Below are positions 1 to 9,602 of a stretch of 64,000 nucleotides of DNA, in pieces. The stretch is from Escherichia phage EP75: the sequence record MG748547. One strand, 5' to 3'. Both the position numbers and the translations under genes were made by a program. The notes beneath the pieces were generated by a model that was not told the origin of the DNA, ran no database searches, and saw only the letters and a program-made list of their open reading frames with translations. Position 1 is the stretch's first letter. Each line of letters starts with the position of its first letter.

Positions 1-17
1 GGGGCACTGTGAGTTCT

Positions 18-440
18 ATGAAGAAATATGTCGTGCTCATCACAGGTTCCCGCTCAATAACCGAGCGGGATAAAATCTTCGCCAAACTGGATGAACTGTT
101 AGATCCCCACGAGATCGAAACTTTTATAGAAGGTGAAGCGGCTGGTGTGGACTTGATATCTCGTGATTGGTGTGAAATCAATTATGTCCATGTTACACCA
201 ATGGAGATCCCTAAGAATTATCACACGATATATGGGAAAGGCGCAGGAAACCAACGTAACAAAGATATGTTAGACAAAGCTACAACCCTGGCCAAACAAA
301 AAGGTCTTGAGGTCTTTGGAATTGCATTATGGGATGGTTCGTCTACTGGGACGCAAGACATGATTACCCGCATGAAAAAAGCAGGAGTCAATGTTAATAT
401 CACTCTCATGGGCAAACCCAAAACCAAACGATTGTTATAA
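18..440 (+). CDS. SLOG/DUF2493-like small protein, function unknown
   Basis: ORF 9..440 (GTG at 9, ATG at 18); VVLITGSRS and GEAAGVD motifs resemble SLOG/DprA-like Rossmann proteins; family assigned from memory only. Confidence 0.35.
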   Translation: MKKYVVLITGSRSITERDKIFAKLDELLDPHEIETFIEGEAAGVDLISRDWCEINYVHVTPMEIPKNYHTIYGKGAGNQRNKDMLDKATTLAKQKGLEVFGIALWDGSSTGTQDMITRMKKAGVNVNITLMGKPKTKRLL

Positions 441-646
441 ATATGTTTGCCTTCACACCCATATGGAGTTAGCTATGCTGCAATTAATTTTGATTCTTTG
501 CGTCGCTTTTACCATGTACTTTCTGGCGCGAATCAGTTATATCACACTAAATGATCTGAAAAATACACCACGCGAACCTAAATTTATATTTCTAAAGAAA
601 TACACCAAAAAGTTCTGCGAGAATTTTATCTATCATCTTCCATGAT

Positions 647-654
647 TATAAATA
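647..654 (+). promoter_or_regulatory. T4-type late promoter box TATAAATA
   Basis: Exact TATAAATA 22 nt upstream of ATG at 676, followed directly by hairpin ACCCCCAAAATTGGGGGT whose 3' arm carries the GGGGG Shine-Dalgarno. Confidence 0.5.
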
Positions 655-675
655 CCCCCAAAATTGGGGGTATTT

Positions 676-1404
676 ATGAACGCACAAATCTACGATGTCC
701 TTTCCTCTGGTAACGCATTTAGCAACCCGCTTCCGTCCCTCTCCGGTCCCTCACAGGATTTAATCACCAGTGGTAGTACCAATATACCATTGATAACTGC
801 CAACGCGACTCCGGAAATGCAGGTGGCTATGTCAGCAGGTGGATTAACACCAGATAAACTTACAGCAGCCACAAACATGTATAGCTCTGCCAACACGGGG
901 TTAACGACACTGAACACATATGGCGACCAGAGCATAAATGAAGCGTATTCAAGAATTGGGACTTCCGTTTCATATAAATCAGGTTTGAAAAGTATATCAC
1001 GGGAACCAAACAATTGTGACCTGATCAACAAAGCATTCGGTGTTGTTCAGGATCTAGGCCGCCAATGGTTAAACGCTATGGAAGGCGCTCTCCAGACTGT
1101 GACTAACAAGATATCGGAATTGTATGACATGATTATGGAAGGTGCCTCAGAAGGTATGGCAAAACTACAGCAATTGGCTGCTGAAGTAACAGGGTATATC
1201 AATGAGGCAATAACCGCCGTCAATGGAGTTATAAATGATATCACCGATGGGATAGCTGCAGAACTTGCTCATATTGAAAGTATGATCAAAGAATGTCTAA
1301 ACTTCTCTTTTGCGAATGTTCTTGGAGAATGGGCCAAAGATCTCTGTGCTGGAGGCGTTATTGATAAAATAGGGACTCCAGAATTAAAAGAGTCCCTGAA
1401 ATAA
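676..1404 (+). CDS. hypothetical late protein, possibly virion structural
   Basis: ORF 664..1404; ATG at 676 preceded by GGGGG SD and late box; Ser/Thr/Gly-rich N-terminus; no family recognised. Confidence 0.5.
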   Translation: MNAQIYDVLSSGNAFSNPLPSLSGPSQDLITSGSTNIPLITANATPEMQVAMSAGGLTPDKLTAATNMYSSANTGLTTLNTYGDQSINEAYSRIGTSVSYKSGLKSISREPNNCDLINKAFGVVQDLGRQWLNAMEGALQTVTNKISELYDMIMEGASEGMAKLQQLAAEVTGYINEAITAVNGVINDITDGIAAELAHIESMIKECLNFSFANVLGEWAKDLCAGGVIDKIGTPELKESLK

Positions 1405-2103
1405 TCAATGTCTAGCGGGGAGAACTCCCACTGGTTCGATACCTTCCATCACCAGGGAGTTCACCCCAACATCACTCATTCGAATCCATACTTTACCGCC
1501 TGGTCTTATTTCATAGATGTTCATTTCATTACCCACAGCAGATCCATTAACGAAAACACCCTGAGTGGCAATTCGGATCGGAGATTTGGTGTTATTAACT
1601 ATCTGAAATGATATTGCAACGTCTCTGGTGATTTCTACGCCCCTTGCTTGAGTATTCCTTCTGAGTTTGTCAAAGAAAGAAGGATTGAAAGTCGCTATGA
1701 TGCTATTATTCTGAGAGTAATAAATACTTGCGGATAGATATGGGATCTTTCCTTCGTCACCTTTCCTCAATAGGGGAATCGTGGTTTTCCAGTATGGTCT
1801 CAGTGAATGGTTGTTATCATCAAAACAACCAACAGCTTGAAGAGTCTGGAAGTTCTGAAAATCAGATACTACTTGATTCAGAATATTTTTATTGCATTTA
1901 TCAATGTCGGCTGAGATGTTAACAGGTATGGTTCTGATTTCAGGATCCCAGAGGTCGGTTACAGAAATGACGGACGTGACAAAGATACGGCAACTTGTGA
2001 GTGCAAGCACCATTATCATCGTCATGATCCATTTTCTGAATCCGCGTGTCAGGAACACTAAAACGTTCTCCACAGCAAAGGTGCTAACATGACAGGTGTA
2101 CAA
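1405..2103 (-). CDS. putative lipoprotein
   Basis: 232-aa ORF; N-terminal region has basic stretch RGFRKW, hydrophobic IMTMIMVLALT and lipobox-like LTSC; true start uncertain (2103 or 2025). Confidence 0.4.
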   Translation of the reverse strand: MYTCHVSTFAVENVLVFLTRGFRKWIMTMIMVLALTSCRIFVTSVISVTDLWDPEIRTIPVNISADIDKCNKNILNQVVSDFQNFQTLQAVGCFDDNNHSLRPYWKTTIPLLRKGDEGKIPYLSASIYYSQNNSIIATFNPSFFDKLRRNTQARGVEITRDVAISFQIVNNTKSPIRIATQGVFVNGSAVGNEMNIYEIRPGGKVWIRMSDVGVNSLVMEGIEPVGVLPARH

Positions 2104-2586
2104 TTCAAAAACGAAAATCCTAATTTCGCGGCTTCCGATAAATGGCGCTTAACTATCGGAGACCTGATATTGCTTACTCGTTCAATACATGACTTCAGTA
2201 TTCCTGGAGTGTATTCTGAAGGTATCGAGGGACCATCCCCTGGTGATGTGCTCAACTCCATACCTTCAGAACGTCTCACGTATGACCCCATCGTATTTAC
2301 GTTCGTTATCGATGAGAGTTGGTACAACTGGGAACAGATTTACAATTGGATTGCGTCTAATGCTGGATCTGATTTAGCTGTTAGCCGCGACATCACCATC
2401 GACCTTCTTGATAACATGAATCGACCTATTGGTCTACAATTGTTGTTGGAAGAAGCCCGTCCCACAGCTTTGGATAACGTATTGGTGGATGTGGATGCTG
2501 CGGTTCCCCAACTGGTCACGACTGTTACGTTCAAATATTTGAAACTGACTCCGACTCGCGTCACCCGCGAAATTGATAAACAATAA
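2089..2586 (+). CDS. hypothetical protein, possible tail-tube-family structural protein
   Basis: 165-aa ORF with AAAGGTG SD; loose resemblance to gp19/gp48/gp54-type tube proteins from memory; sits just upstream of uvsY where T4 has baseplate genes. Confidence 0.35.
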   Translation: MTGVQFKNENPNFAASDKWRLTIGDLILLTRSIHDFSIPGVYSEGIEGPSPGDVLNSIPSERLTYDPIVFTFVIDESWYNWEQIYNWIASNAGSDLAVSRDITIDLLDNMNRPIGLQLLLEEARPTALDNVLVDVDAAVPQLVTTVTFKYLKLTPTRVTREIDKQ

Positions 2587-2624
2587 GTTATAATACAGAG
2601 AGTTGAAACAGCAGGGAATAAATC

Positions 2625-3080
2625 ATGAGCGAAACAAAACTTGAAACGATGAAAACCGAAGATATAATGGCAGAATTGGAACCTCTTATTTCGGTAAATC
2701 CTGAAGACATGAACTTGGACCAAATGTCATTGAAAATTGGTCGTTCGTGGATGACTGTGCAACGCCATTATATTCGTGAAGGAAGATATCTGGAGTATCT
2801 AACTGGCAAATTCCGCCAAATAGATCTCTATTTACGCCGATTTTATGCAGGGGAATTGCCGCCCAACGTTTATGTTGAACGCCCATTAAAAGTTCGACCC
2901 CTGAAATCTGATATAGATGTATGGGTAAAAGCAGATGATGATTATATCGAATTGTCTAGCATGCTTCAAGAGCAGAAAGCCAAAGTCAAGTTCATCGAAA
3001 GTTGCTTAGATCGTTTGAACAAACTCGGATATGAAGTGAAGAATGCTATTGATTGGCGAAAATATTTGGATGGGATGTAA
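2625..3080 (+). CDS. uvsY: UvsY-like recombination mediator
   Basis: 151 aa; C-terminal half aligns by eye with T4 UvsY (DxYLRRFYAGE ... DYIELSSMLQ ... GYEVKNAIDWRKY); AGGGA SD; adjacent to uvsW as in T4. Confidence 0.65.
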   Translation: MSETKLETMKTEDIMAELEPLISVNPEDMNLDQMSLKIGRSWMTVQRHYIREGRYLEYLTGKFRQIDLYLRRFYAGELPPNVYVERPLKVRPLKSDIDVWVKADDDYIELSSMLQEQKAKVKFIESCLDRLNKLGYEVKNAIDWRKYLDGM

Positions 3081-3826
3081 TGGTTTCTCTACAGGCTTTG
3101 CGCAAACTTAATGACTTTGAAAATCGTCATCATACATTTCAGCAATATTCCTTGCCGTTTAAGGAACTGACTTGCGTAACTACTGAAAATGGTCGTCACT
3201 ATGTTTCTCCCACTGGAGTCAAACTGACTTCAGTGACGACCATGTTAGGGCGTACTGGTGACCACACATGGTTAGAAGCCTGGCGGGACAAGTTGGGGCA
3301 TGAAGCTGCTGATATAGAAACACATCGTTGCGCAGACCGTGGGGAAAAACTTCATTTGGCTTGTGAGTTGTATCTCAAAAACAGACCAATGAAAGAAGTT
3401 CTGGAAGCTGCAGGGGAATACGTGTTTATGTTCAAACAGGTTTTCCCCTACCTTAACAAAATGAGCAAGATATATGCACAAGAGATTCCATTATATAGCG
3501 AAGTCCTGGGTCTTGCTGGTCGTGTTGACCTCATCGGGGTTTACGAAGGAATTCCAAGCATAATCGATTTCAAAACATCCAACACCCTAAAAACTCGAAG
3601 CATGATAGAAGATTATAGTATTCAATTGTGTCTATACTCAGTCATGTTTCAACAAATGTTTAATGTCAAGATAGAGCGTTTAATCAATATTATATCCAAC
3701 GAAAATGCCCTTGTTCCCACCATAATCGAATTCGATCGCAAAGACGTTATTTCTAAAATGTTTGACCGTGTCCGTCTGTATCACAAAATGGACAAAGAAC
3801 AGAAAGGAATCTGGGCGGATCGCTAA
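3080..3826 (+). CDS. PD-(D/E)xK family nuclease (RecB/Cas4/YqaJ-like fold)
   Basis: ATG overlaps uvsY stop (TAATG); motifs GRVDLIG, IIDFKTS and QLCLYSV match D / (D/E)xK / QhxxY nuclease signature. Confidence 0.55.
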   Translation: MVSLQALRKLNDFENRHHTFQQYSLPFKELTCVTTENGRHYVSPTGVKLTSVTTMLGRTGDHTWLEAWRDKLGHEAADIETHRCADRGEKLHLACELYLKNRPMKEVLEAAGEYVFMFKQVFPYLNKMSKIYAQEIPLYSEVLGLAGRVDLIGVYEGIPSIIDFKTSNTLKTRSMIEDYSIQLCLYSVMFQQMFNVKIERLINIISNENALVPTIIEFDRKDVISKMFDRVRLYHKMDKEQKGIWADR

Positions 3827-3855
3827 ATACTCCATAATATTGGGGGAAATTAGTG

Positions 3856-5355
3856 ATGTCTGAGATCCAAATAGTCAAAGTGAACGAAGTTAGAATGCGG
3901 ATCCTTGCCGAGGATTATATCCGTGAAGAACTCAACGATTACTTCAAATTTGAAGATCCTAATTTCCAACCGAATCCGTTCAGTAAATGGGACGGCGTAG
4001 TGCGGTTGTTCACAAAGAGTTCTGGGCTTATCGACATCGGCCTGTTATTTGAGGTGTTCAAATTCTGTAAGATGAACGGTTACACCATCAAATTAGATCC
4101 GGCCTTAAAATATATTCAAGATATTCCGGATGAAGAAATTCATGCGTTCATCGATACATTGAATGCGGTGTACCGAGACGAAAACAAACAATATCAAAAA
4201 GCGATTGTCCGCGATTATCAATTTGATTCCGTTACCACAGCAATACGCCAAAGCAGATGTGTCCTCGAAGCTGCCACGAGTGCTGGCAAATCCTTTATTT
4301 TGTACATCATGGCGCGTTACTACAGGCAACGCAGAGATGCCCTCGAAAGTAATCTGAGGACGTTAATCGTTGTACCATCCATTCATTTGGTGACTCAGTT
4401 GTATGACAACTTCGAAGAATATAGCCACGGGACAGAATGGAAACCATTGATGAATGTCCAGACAATATACGAAGGGGCAACGAAAGAGATTTTCAAACCC
4501 ATAGTTATTTCAACTTGGCAAGGTATCCAGAACCAACCCAAAGAGTGGTTCCATCAATTTGGAGATATCGTCATCGACGAAGTACATACATCAAAATCAG
4601 ATAAATTGTCTTACATCTTGAACAACTGTATTAACGCTGATCAACGTTTGGGAGTAACCGGAACCCTGGCGAATACAAAGGTCGCGGGGTTACAAGTCGT
4701 TGCTCACTTTGGCGCATATCATAAAATTATTACAGCGCGCGATTTAATCGATCTAGGATATGCGGCAGACATCAATGTTAATATGATTGAAGTCATACAT
4801 CCTGTGGCAGACTGTATTGAAATGCACGGTGCTGAGTATCAAAAGGAAATAGAATTCCTCATTGCTAACGAACGCCGCAATGAATTGATAGCTCGAATGG
4901 CTCTGTCTTTGAAAGGGAACGTCGCAGTAATGTTCGAACGTATCGATGCACACATGATGTTGGTTTATGAAATGCTATCGGCAGTCAAGAAAAACGTATT
5001 CGTCATCAACGGGGAAGTCAAGACAGAAGTTCGTAAACAGATTCAGGCTGCTATGGAAGAAGGGGAAGATATAACACTGTTGGCATCATATGGTACTATG
5101 CAACAGGGCGTATCTATCAAAAAACTCCATCATCTGATATTGGCCCATCCCAGCAAATCTTATATCCGTGTTATACAGACATTGGGGCGTTTGATGCGCC
5201 AGCATTCCTCTAAGGATGTTGCGCGAATCTGGGACCTGGTAGACAACCTGCGTTACAACGGTTCCTACAACCATGCTCTCAGGCATTCTCATGAGAGATA
5301 TAAATTTTATCTTATGGAGCGCCACCCTGTTAAAATGAAAAAAGTGGCGCTCTAA
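3856..5355 (+). CDS. uvsW: UvsW-like SF2 DNA helicase
   Basis: 500 aa; Walker A AATSAGKS, DEVH box, TWQGIQNQPKEWF segment alignable to T4 UvsW; size matches T4 UvsW. Confidence 0.85.
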   Translation: MSEIQIVKVNEVRMRILAEDYIREELNDYFKFEDPNFQPNPFSKWDGVVRLFTKSSGLIDIGLLFEVFKFCKMNGYTIKLDPALKYIQDIPDEEIHAFIDTLNAVYRDENKQYQKAIVRDYQFDSVTTAIRQSRCVLEAATSAGKSFILYIMARYYRQRRDALESNLRTLIVVPSIHLVTQLYDNFEEYSHGTEWKPLMNVQTIYEGATKEIFKPIVISTWQGIQNQPKEWFHQFGDIVIDEVHTSKSDKLSYILNNCINADQRLGVTGTLANTKVAGLQVVAHFGAYHKIITARDLIDLGYAADINVNMIEVIHPVADCIEMHGAEYQKEIEFLIANERRNELIARMALSLKGNVAVMFERIDAHMMLVYEMLSAVKKNVFVINGEVKTEVRKQIQAAMEEGEDITLLASYGTMQQGVSIKKLHHLILAHPSKSYIRVIQTLGRLMRQHSSKDVARIWDLVDNLRYNGSYNHALRHSHERYKFYLMERHPVKMKKVAL

Positions 5356-5360
5356 CCATT

Positions 5361-5726
5361 TCAAATATCTTGATTCACATAGGCGGGGGTTGCCTCGCCT
5401 TCTTTGTTGGATCCAAATAAACAGTCGATCGTGCCAATACATTGTTGTAGCACTTTCGGCTCAAGAATCTGAGAAAACAATTCTTCATTAGATGCCAGCA
5501 GTGGAACAACTTTCACTTCCCGCGCCTGGCCTTGTTGAATAATGCCAACATACAGACCTTTGTTATTTGGGAGTAATGGTATCACCAACATCGGTGACAC
5601 AATAAACCCCGATGTACAGAAAAGGCTTTGTAAATAAACGCCTTTTAATGACGGACGTTGTTCTGCTATGGAAAGAATTACTTCTTGGTCTTTCCCTACT
5701 GCGTATAAACCAACAAATTGCTTCAT
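5361..5726 (-). CDS. hypothetical protein
   Basis: 121-aa ORF convergent with uvsW; GAGAAA SD-like sequence before ATG; no family recognised. Confidence 0.3.
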   Translation of the reverse strand: MKQFVGLYAVGKDQEVILSIAEQRPSLKGVYLQSLFCTSGFIVSPMLVIPLLPNNKGLYVGIIQQGQAREVKVVPLLASNEELFSQILEPKVLQQCIGTIDCLFGSNKEGEATPAYVNQDI

Positions 5727-5936
5727 ATATTATTTCTCACGTGTTAGCAAACTTGACTACATAATAATGTCATGCTCTGTTTAGACCAAATAAAATATTT
5801 TACTTGTTGAATAAAAATCGCTTTCTTGTTGAACAATCCGTGCGTAATATACGAGTTGTGAGCTTTGCGAGCAACGAGTATTATCACGAGCAAAGCGAGT
5901 AGACTGATAAAGAAAGGTTTTATTAAAACAGAATAT

Positions 5937-5944
5937 TATAAATG
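5937..5944 (+). promoter_or_regulatory. late-promoter-like box TATAAATG upstream of gene 45
   Basis: TATAAATG (1 mismatch to TATAAATA) followed by hairpin AAATGCC-GTCA-GGCATTT; about 120 nt upstream of gp45 ATG, so assignment is weak. Confidence 0.25.
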
Positions 5945-6065
5945 CCGTCAGGCATTTATTTATCGCGCGTAGGGCAATTTATCACTTGTTCTATAACTAC
6001 AAACACGCGATACTAATTTGCGTCAAATATGACTTGAACCCCACTATATTTTGAGGATACAACTA

Positions 6066-6734
6066 ATGCAAGAGATCACTCTTTCCGAACGCACTTTACA
6101 ACTGCTGGCTAACTTTGAAACCATCTGCCCCTCTATCGTTCTGGCACCTGGTAAAAAGTTGCGCACTGTTAACGATTCCAGTACAGTTATCGCTATTGCC
6201 GACATTGACGAAGACTTCCCGTTCGAATTCCCGATTCTGGATCTGACCAAATTGCTGGCAATCCAGCGTCTGCCGAGTTTTAAAGGTGGTAAAATTGAAA
6301 TGTCGGAAGACCACATTTTGCTGAAAGGTGAAAACTCCCAACTGCAATTCTGGCGTTCCGCTAAAGAACTGACTGTCGTTCCGGCAGACAGCATCGATCT
6401 TCCGTCTGTAGAATTTGAAGCAACAGTCACTCCTGAAAAAATGAAAGAGCTGACTCGCGCCTGTTCTACTCTGGGCCACAAAACTGTACGCCTGGTGGCC
6501 AGCGGCGGTAAAACTCGTCTGGTGGGCACGACCACTACTATCGACAATTCCAACGATTACACTGTTGAGTTGGGTGAAACAACTCTGGGTGATTTTGCTA
6601 TGCCTGTTGATGTGGTCAACCTGAAAATGATCGAAGGCAACTATGTGATCCGCGCCTGTGCCGAAATGCAACTGGTTAACTTCCAATCCGCAGATGGCAC
6701 CATCAACTATTACGTCGGCATGCAGCTGGATTAA
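6066..6734 (+). CDS. 45: sliding clamp (gp45-like)
   Basis: 222 aa; N-terminus LSERTLQLLANFETICPSIVL aligns with T4 gp45 N-terminus; size and position before clamp loader genes. Confidence 0.9.
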   Translation: MQEITLSERTLQLLANFETICPSIVLAPGKKLRTVNDSSTVIAIADIDEDFPFEFPILDLTKLLAIQRLPSFKGGKIEMSEDHILLKGENSQLQFWRSAKELTVVPADSIDLPSVEFEATVTPEKMKELTRACSTLGHKTVRLVASGGKTRLVGTTTTIDNSNDYTVELGETTLGDFAMPVDVVNLKMIEGNYVIRACAEMQLVNFQSADGTINYYVGMQLD

Positions 6735-6764
6735 TCAATAACGATTCGGCGCTTTATTATCGGT

Positions 6765-6796
6765 GGCGGGGTTTCCCCGCCCTTTGAAACGTTTTA
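6765..6796 (+). terminator. intrinsic terminator after gene 45
   Basis: GGCGGGG-TTT-CCCCGCC hairpin followed by T-rich tract. Confidence 0.5.
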
Positions 6797-6811
6797 TCTA
6801 AAGAGGCTGCA

Positions 6812-7801
6812 ATGTCTAACATCACTATCGTCACAGATCAATACGCGTGGGAAAACAAATATCGCCCTGACAATCTGGATGAGATCGTCCTCCCTTCAGA
6901 CGTCCGTGCAAAAATCCATGGCTATGTTACATCAGGCAATGGAAACATCCCCTCAATGCTGTTCTATTCCCCTCAGCCTGGTACGGGCAAGACTACTTCT
7001 GCTCTGGCTGTTTGCAACGAAATCGGTTGTATCAAACCGTTGATGATCAATGCGTCACTGGATAACAGCATTGATGTCATCCGTGACCGTGTTATTCAAT
7101 ACGCAACTGGCGTCAGTGTTTTCGGTGGCCGTAAAGTCGTTATCCTTGATGAAGTTGAGCGACTTTCTATGGCGGCACAGGAATCCCTGAAAGGCATCGT
7201 AGAGAAAGTCTCCAAAAACTGCTCCTTCATCCTGACGACTAATGCGAAACAGCGCGTTAACGAACCTCTGCGTTCCCGCTGTCGTGAAATTGATTTTATC
7301 TGGTCTGAAAAGGAAGCAGATGAAGTTAAACTTCAATTCATGCGTCGTTGCGCCACTATCCTGACGGAAGAAGGTATCCCATACGAAGCTGGTGTTATTG
7401 CATCGATTGTCAAATCTTATTTCCCTGACAACCGCAAGATTATGGGAACCCTTCAGGATAATGCCACCACGTTTGGTAAAATCGATGAACGTGCTTTGGC
7501 TCAGGTGAAAGCAGGTGAATTCCAGGCGCTGGTCGATTTCTTAAAGGCCAATGATTGGGCTGGCATGAAGCAATGGGTGACTGACAACCAAAACTATATT
7601 ACAGAGGACTTCTACTCTCGTTTCTTCCATTTCTGTGTCCCACAGAACAAAGAGAAGACTCCTTTGATTCAGAACGAATCTATCCCAGATTTGGTCTGCG
7701 TTTGTGGTCAGTCACAGATTGAACATCGTTCAGTTGGAGACGTCTGGTTACACGGCGTTTACTTCCTGACCAACGTCATGCTCAACATCAAGTGGAAGTG
7801 A
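6812..7801 (+). CDS. 44: clamp loader large subunit (gp44-like AAA+ ATPase)
   Basis: 329 aa; Walker A PQPGTGKTT, DEVE box, SRC motif; directly downstream of gene 45. Confidence 0.9.
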   Translation: MSNITIVTDQYAWENKYRPDNLDEIVLPSDVRAKIHGYVTSGNGNIPSMLFYSPQPGTGKTTSALAVCNEIGCIKPLMINASLDNSIDVIRDRVIQYATGVSVFGGRKVVILDEVERLSMAAQESLKGIVEKVSKNCSFILTTNAKQRVNEPLRSRCREIDFIWSEKEADEVKLQFMRRCATILTEEGIPYEAGVIASIVKSYFPDNRKIMGTLQDNATTFGKIDERALAQVKAGEFQALVDFLKANDWAGMKQWVTDNQNYITEDFYSRFFHFCVPQNKEKTPLIQNESIPDLVCVCGQSQIEHRSVGDVWLHGVYFLTNVMLNIKWK

Positions 7802-7805
7802 TATT

Positions 7806-8228
7806 ATGGCCGCTCCGTCACTGTTCGATTACCTGGGTGCTCTGAACAGCACCAAAGAGAATCTGTTGTTGACCGAAGACCCCGAAATCAGAAAGGCATT
7901 TGATCCTTTCATGACTCGGCGCGGCCTTGCCCAGAGTAAAGACACGTTGGTGGTTGCAGAACGAATGAACCACTTTCATGCCATTACTCCTTGGATGCAA
8001 TGGAACCTTGCGTTTCATAGCATTCCGGCGAAACGCCGTTATGATAAATGGTCTAAGAAAGGAGCCATGGACCCTGATGTAAAATTGATTTCCGAGTATT
8101 ACTACATCAGTCCTGAAAAGGCTTCTGAATATGTTCGATTCCTGCCGAAAGAAGTCCTGGCTGAAATCAAGGCGAAGGTCGAACGTTCTAACAGCAACGA
8201 AAAAGCTAAACCGCGCAAGGCTAAGTAA
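7806..8228 (+). CDS. 62: clamp loader small subunit (gp62-like)
   Basis: 140 aa, basic C-terminus; assigned by conserved position between 44 and regA; shorter than T4 gp62. Confidence 0.6.
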   Translation: MAAPSLFDYLGALNSTKENLLLTEDPEIRKAFDPFMTRRGLAQSKDTLVVAERMNHFHAITPWMQWNLAFHSIPAKRRYDKWSKKGAMDPDVKLISEYYYISPEKASEYVRFLPKEVLAEIKAKVERSNSNEKAKPRKAK

Positions 8229-8257
8229 TTCAAATTATTGTTAAAGGGGTACGAGTC

Positions 8258-8722
8258 ATGGCGCGTAATACGCTGGACATCTTGAAACTTTCAGCCGTTA
8301 ACGATGAGGCCAGCATCGTTGATTGTATGGTTGAAGTTCAATTAAACCAAGATAAACCAGGAATTTTTCTGGGTATCAAGGAAACTCTGAGCCGGATAGG
8401 GGTTAACACTCGTCAAGAGCCGAATACCCTGTATCAAACATGTCATATCCTGCATAAATTTGGCAGATATCACATCGTGCACTTCAAGCATCTTTTCATG
8501 CTGGATGGGCATTACAACGGCTTTACGCGTGAAGATGTCCTGCGTATGAATCGGATTATTCGGCTTTTGGAGCAGTGGAATATGGTTAAAATACTGCATC
8601 CGGAACAGATTACCGAAGTTGCTGATATGTCTCGAATCAAAGTTGTAAAACATGACCAAGTTTCTGATTGGAAACTGGTTCCAAAATATACCATCCGCCC
8701 GAGTCGGGCAAAAAGCGAATAA
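8258..8722 (+). CDS. regA: RegA translational repressor
   Basis: Segment LYQTCHILHKFGRYHIVHFKHLFMLDG ... WKLVPKYTI aligns with T4 RegA; N-terminal extension of about 30 aa relative to T4; strong SD AAAGGGG. Confidence 0.85.
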   Translation: MARNTLDILKLSAVNDEASIVDCMVEVQLNQDKPGIFLGIKETLSRIGVNTRQEPNTLYQTCHILHKFGRYHIVHFKHLFMLDGHYNGFTREDVLRMNRIIRLLEQWNMVKILHPEQITEVADMSRIKVVKHDQVSDWKLVPKYTIRPSRAKSE

Positions 8723-8738
8723 CTGGAGTCGCTATATT

Positions 8739-9602
8739 ATGACAACTACATTTAATAAAAACGTGAGACTGAATCTGGCTTTTGGTAATGCTGCAGGGGA
8801 CGTGACCGCCCCCGACTTTAGCAAAATTCGCAATCAGGCAAAACTCGTTCTGGAAGAAACTAAAGAACTTCTGGAAGCGGCGTTCTTTGATCATCAAGTG
8901 GTTCTAACATTAGAATTGAACCCTTGTGAAAGTGAGATCCCAACCACTATCGAAGACCGCATGAAAGCCATCATGGATGCCCAGGGTGATATCACTACTG
9001 TCAACGACGGCGTGGCGCATATCGCGGGTTTTAATGGTGATGAGTGCTTACAGCGCGTGTTTGCCTCCAACATGAGCAAGTTTATCCGCTCTGAAGATGA
9101 AGTCGGTCCGGCTCTGGACTATTACTATTCTCGCGGTTTCCCTGATGGGCAATTGCGCGTGGAAGGCGAATTCCCTCAGGCGTGCATCAAAGTTAATGAA
9201 ACTGTTGTTTGGAATGGCAAAGAATATCCTAAAGGAAAATTCCTTAAAAACATGGCCGTTTTCCAAGAGCCTGATTTTTCTGACATGCTGACTAAAACTC
9301 CTTCCCGTCAGATCAACGATATCGTTGCCAGCATGGCGATTGAAGAAGGCCAGGTGTTTATCGATGATCTCAATGGTGTGGCGTTGGTATCCCCGAACAC
9401 ATTGGGTGTAATTCTTTCCATGGCTGTTGAAAAAACTTCTCAACCTGTAGAGATCGACGGGCAAATTGAAAGCTATGTGCCCGCGTTCATCGTGGATGAT
9501 ACCAATATGCCTAAGCTGTGTGGGGTGTGGGGTTCTAATGTTCGTGTTTATGCGAGCACTCCAGTGCAGAACACGGTAACACACCTTTCCCGTATTGATT
9601 AA
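8739..9602 (+). CDS. hypothetical protein (287 aa)
   Basis: ATG at 8739 in frame with ORF 8652..9602; EETKELLEA motif weakly reminiscent of all-alpha NTP pyrophosphatases; occupies the slot where T4 carries gene 43. Confidence 0.45.
   Translation: MTTTFNKNVRLNLAFGNAAGDVTAPDFSKIRNQAKLVLEETKELLEAAFFDHQVVLTLELNPCESEIPTTIEDRMKAIMDAQGDITTVNDGVAHIAGFNGDECLQRVFASNMSKFIRSEDEVGPALDYYYSRGFPDGQLRVEGEFPQACIKVNETVVWNGKEYPKGKFLKNMAVFQEPDFSDMLTKTPSRQINDIVASMAIEEGQVFIDDLNGVALVSPNTLGVILSMAVEKTSQPVEIDGQIESYVPAFIVDDTNMPKLCGVWGSNVRVYASTPVQNTVTHLSRID

Noticed and set aside
1440-1500. tRNA-like T-arm motif (GGTTCGATACC / TTCGAATCC)
   Set aside because: Falls inside the - strand lipoprotein ORF, and no complementary acceptor stem could be built; no convincing tRNA found in any intergenic region by eye. 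tRNAscan-SE would be decisive.
2089-2586. Assignment of this ORF as gp25 because it sits next to uvsY as in T4
   Set aside because: The real gp25 homologue is clearly at 47697..48077 (YKDIDLKF, FEPRA motifs); this ORF lacks them, so only a weak tail-tube-like call was kept.
5880-5905. Short CGAG direct repeats considered as a possible CRISPR or iteron array
   Set aside because: Repeat units are about 4-12 nt with no spacers of uniform length; not a CRISPR array. Retained only as a possible regulatory or origin element in findings.
6096-6686. 196-aa ORF on - strand
   Set aside because: Lies entirely antisense to the well-supported gene 45 (sliding clamp); no RBS; treated as an antisense artefact.
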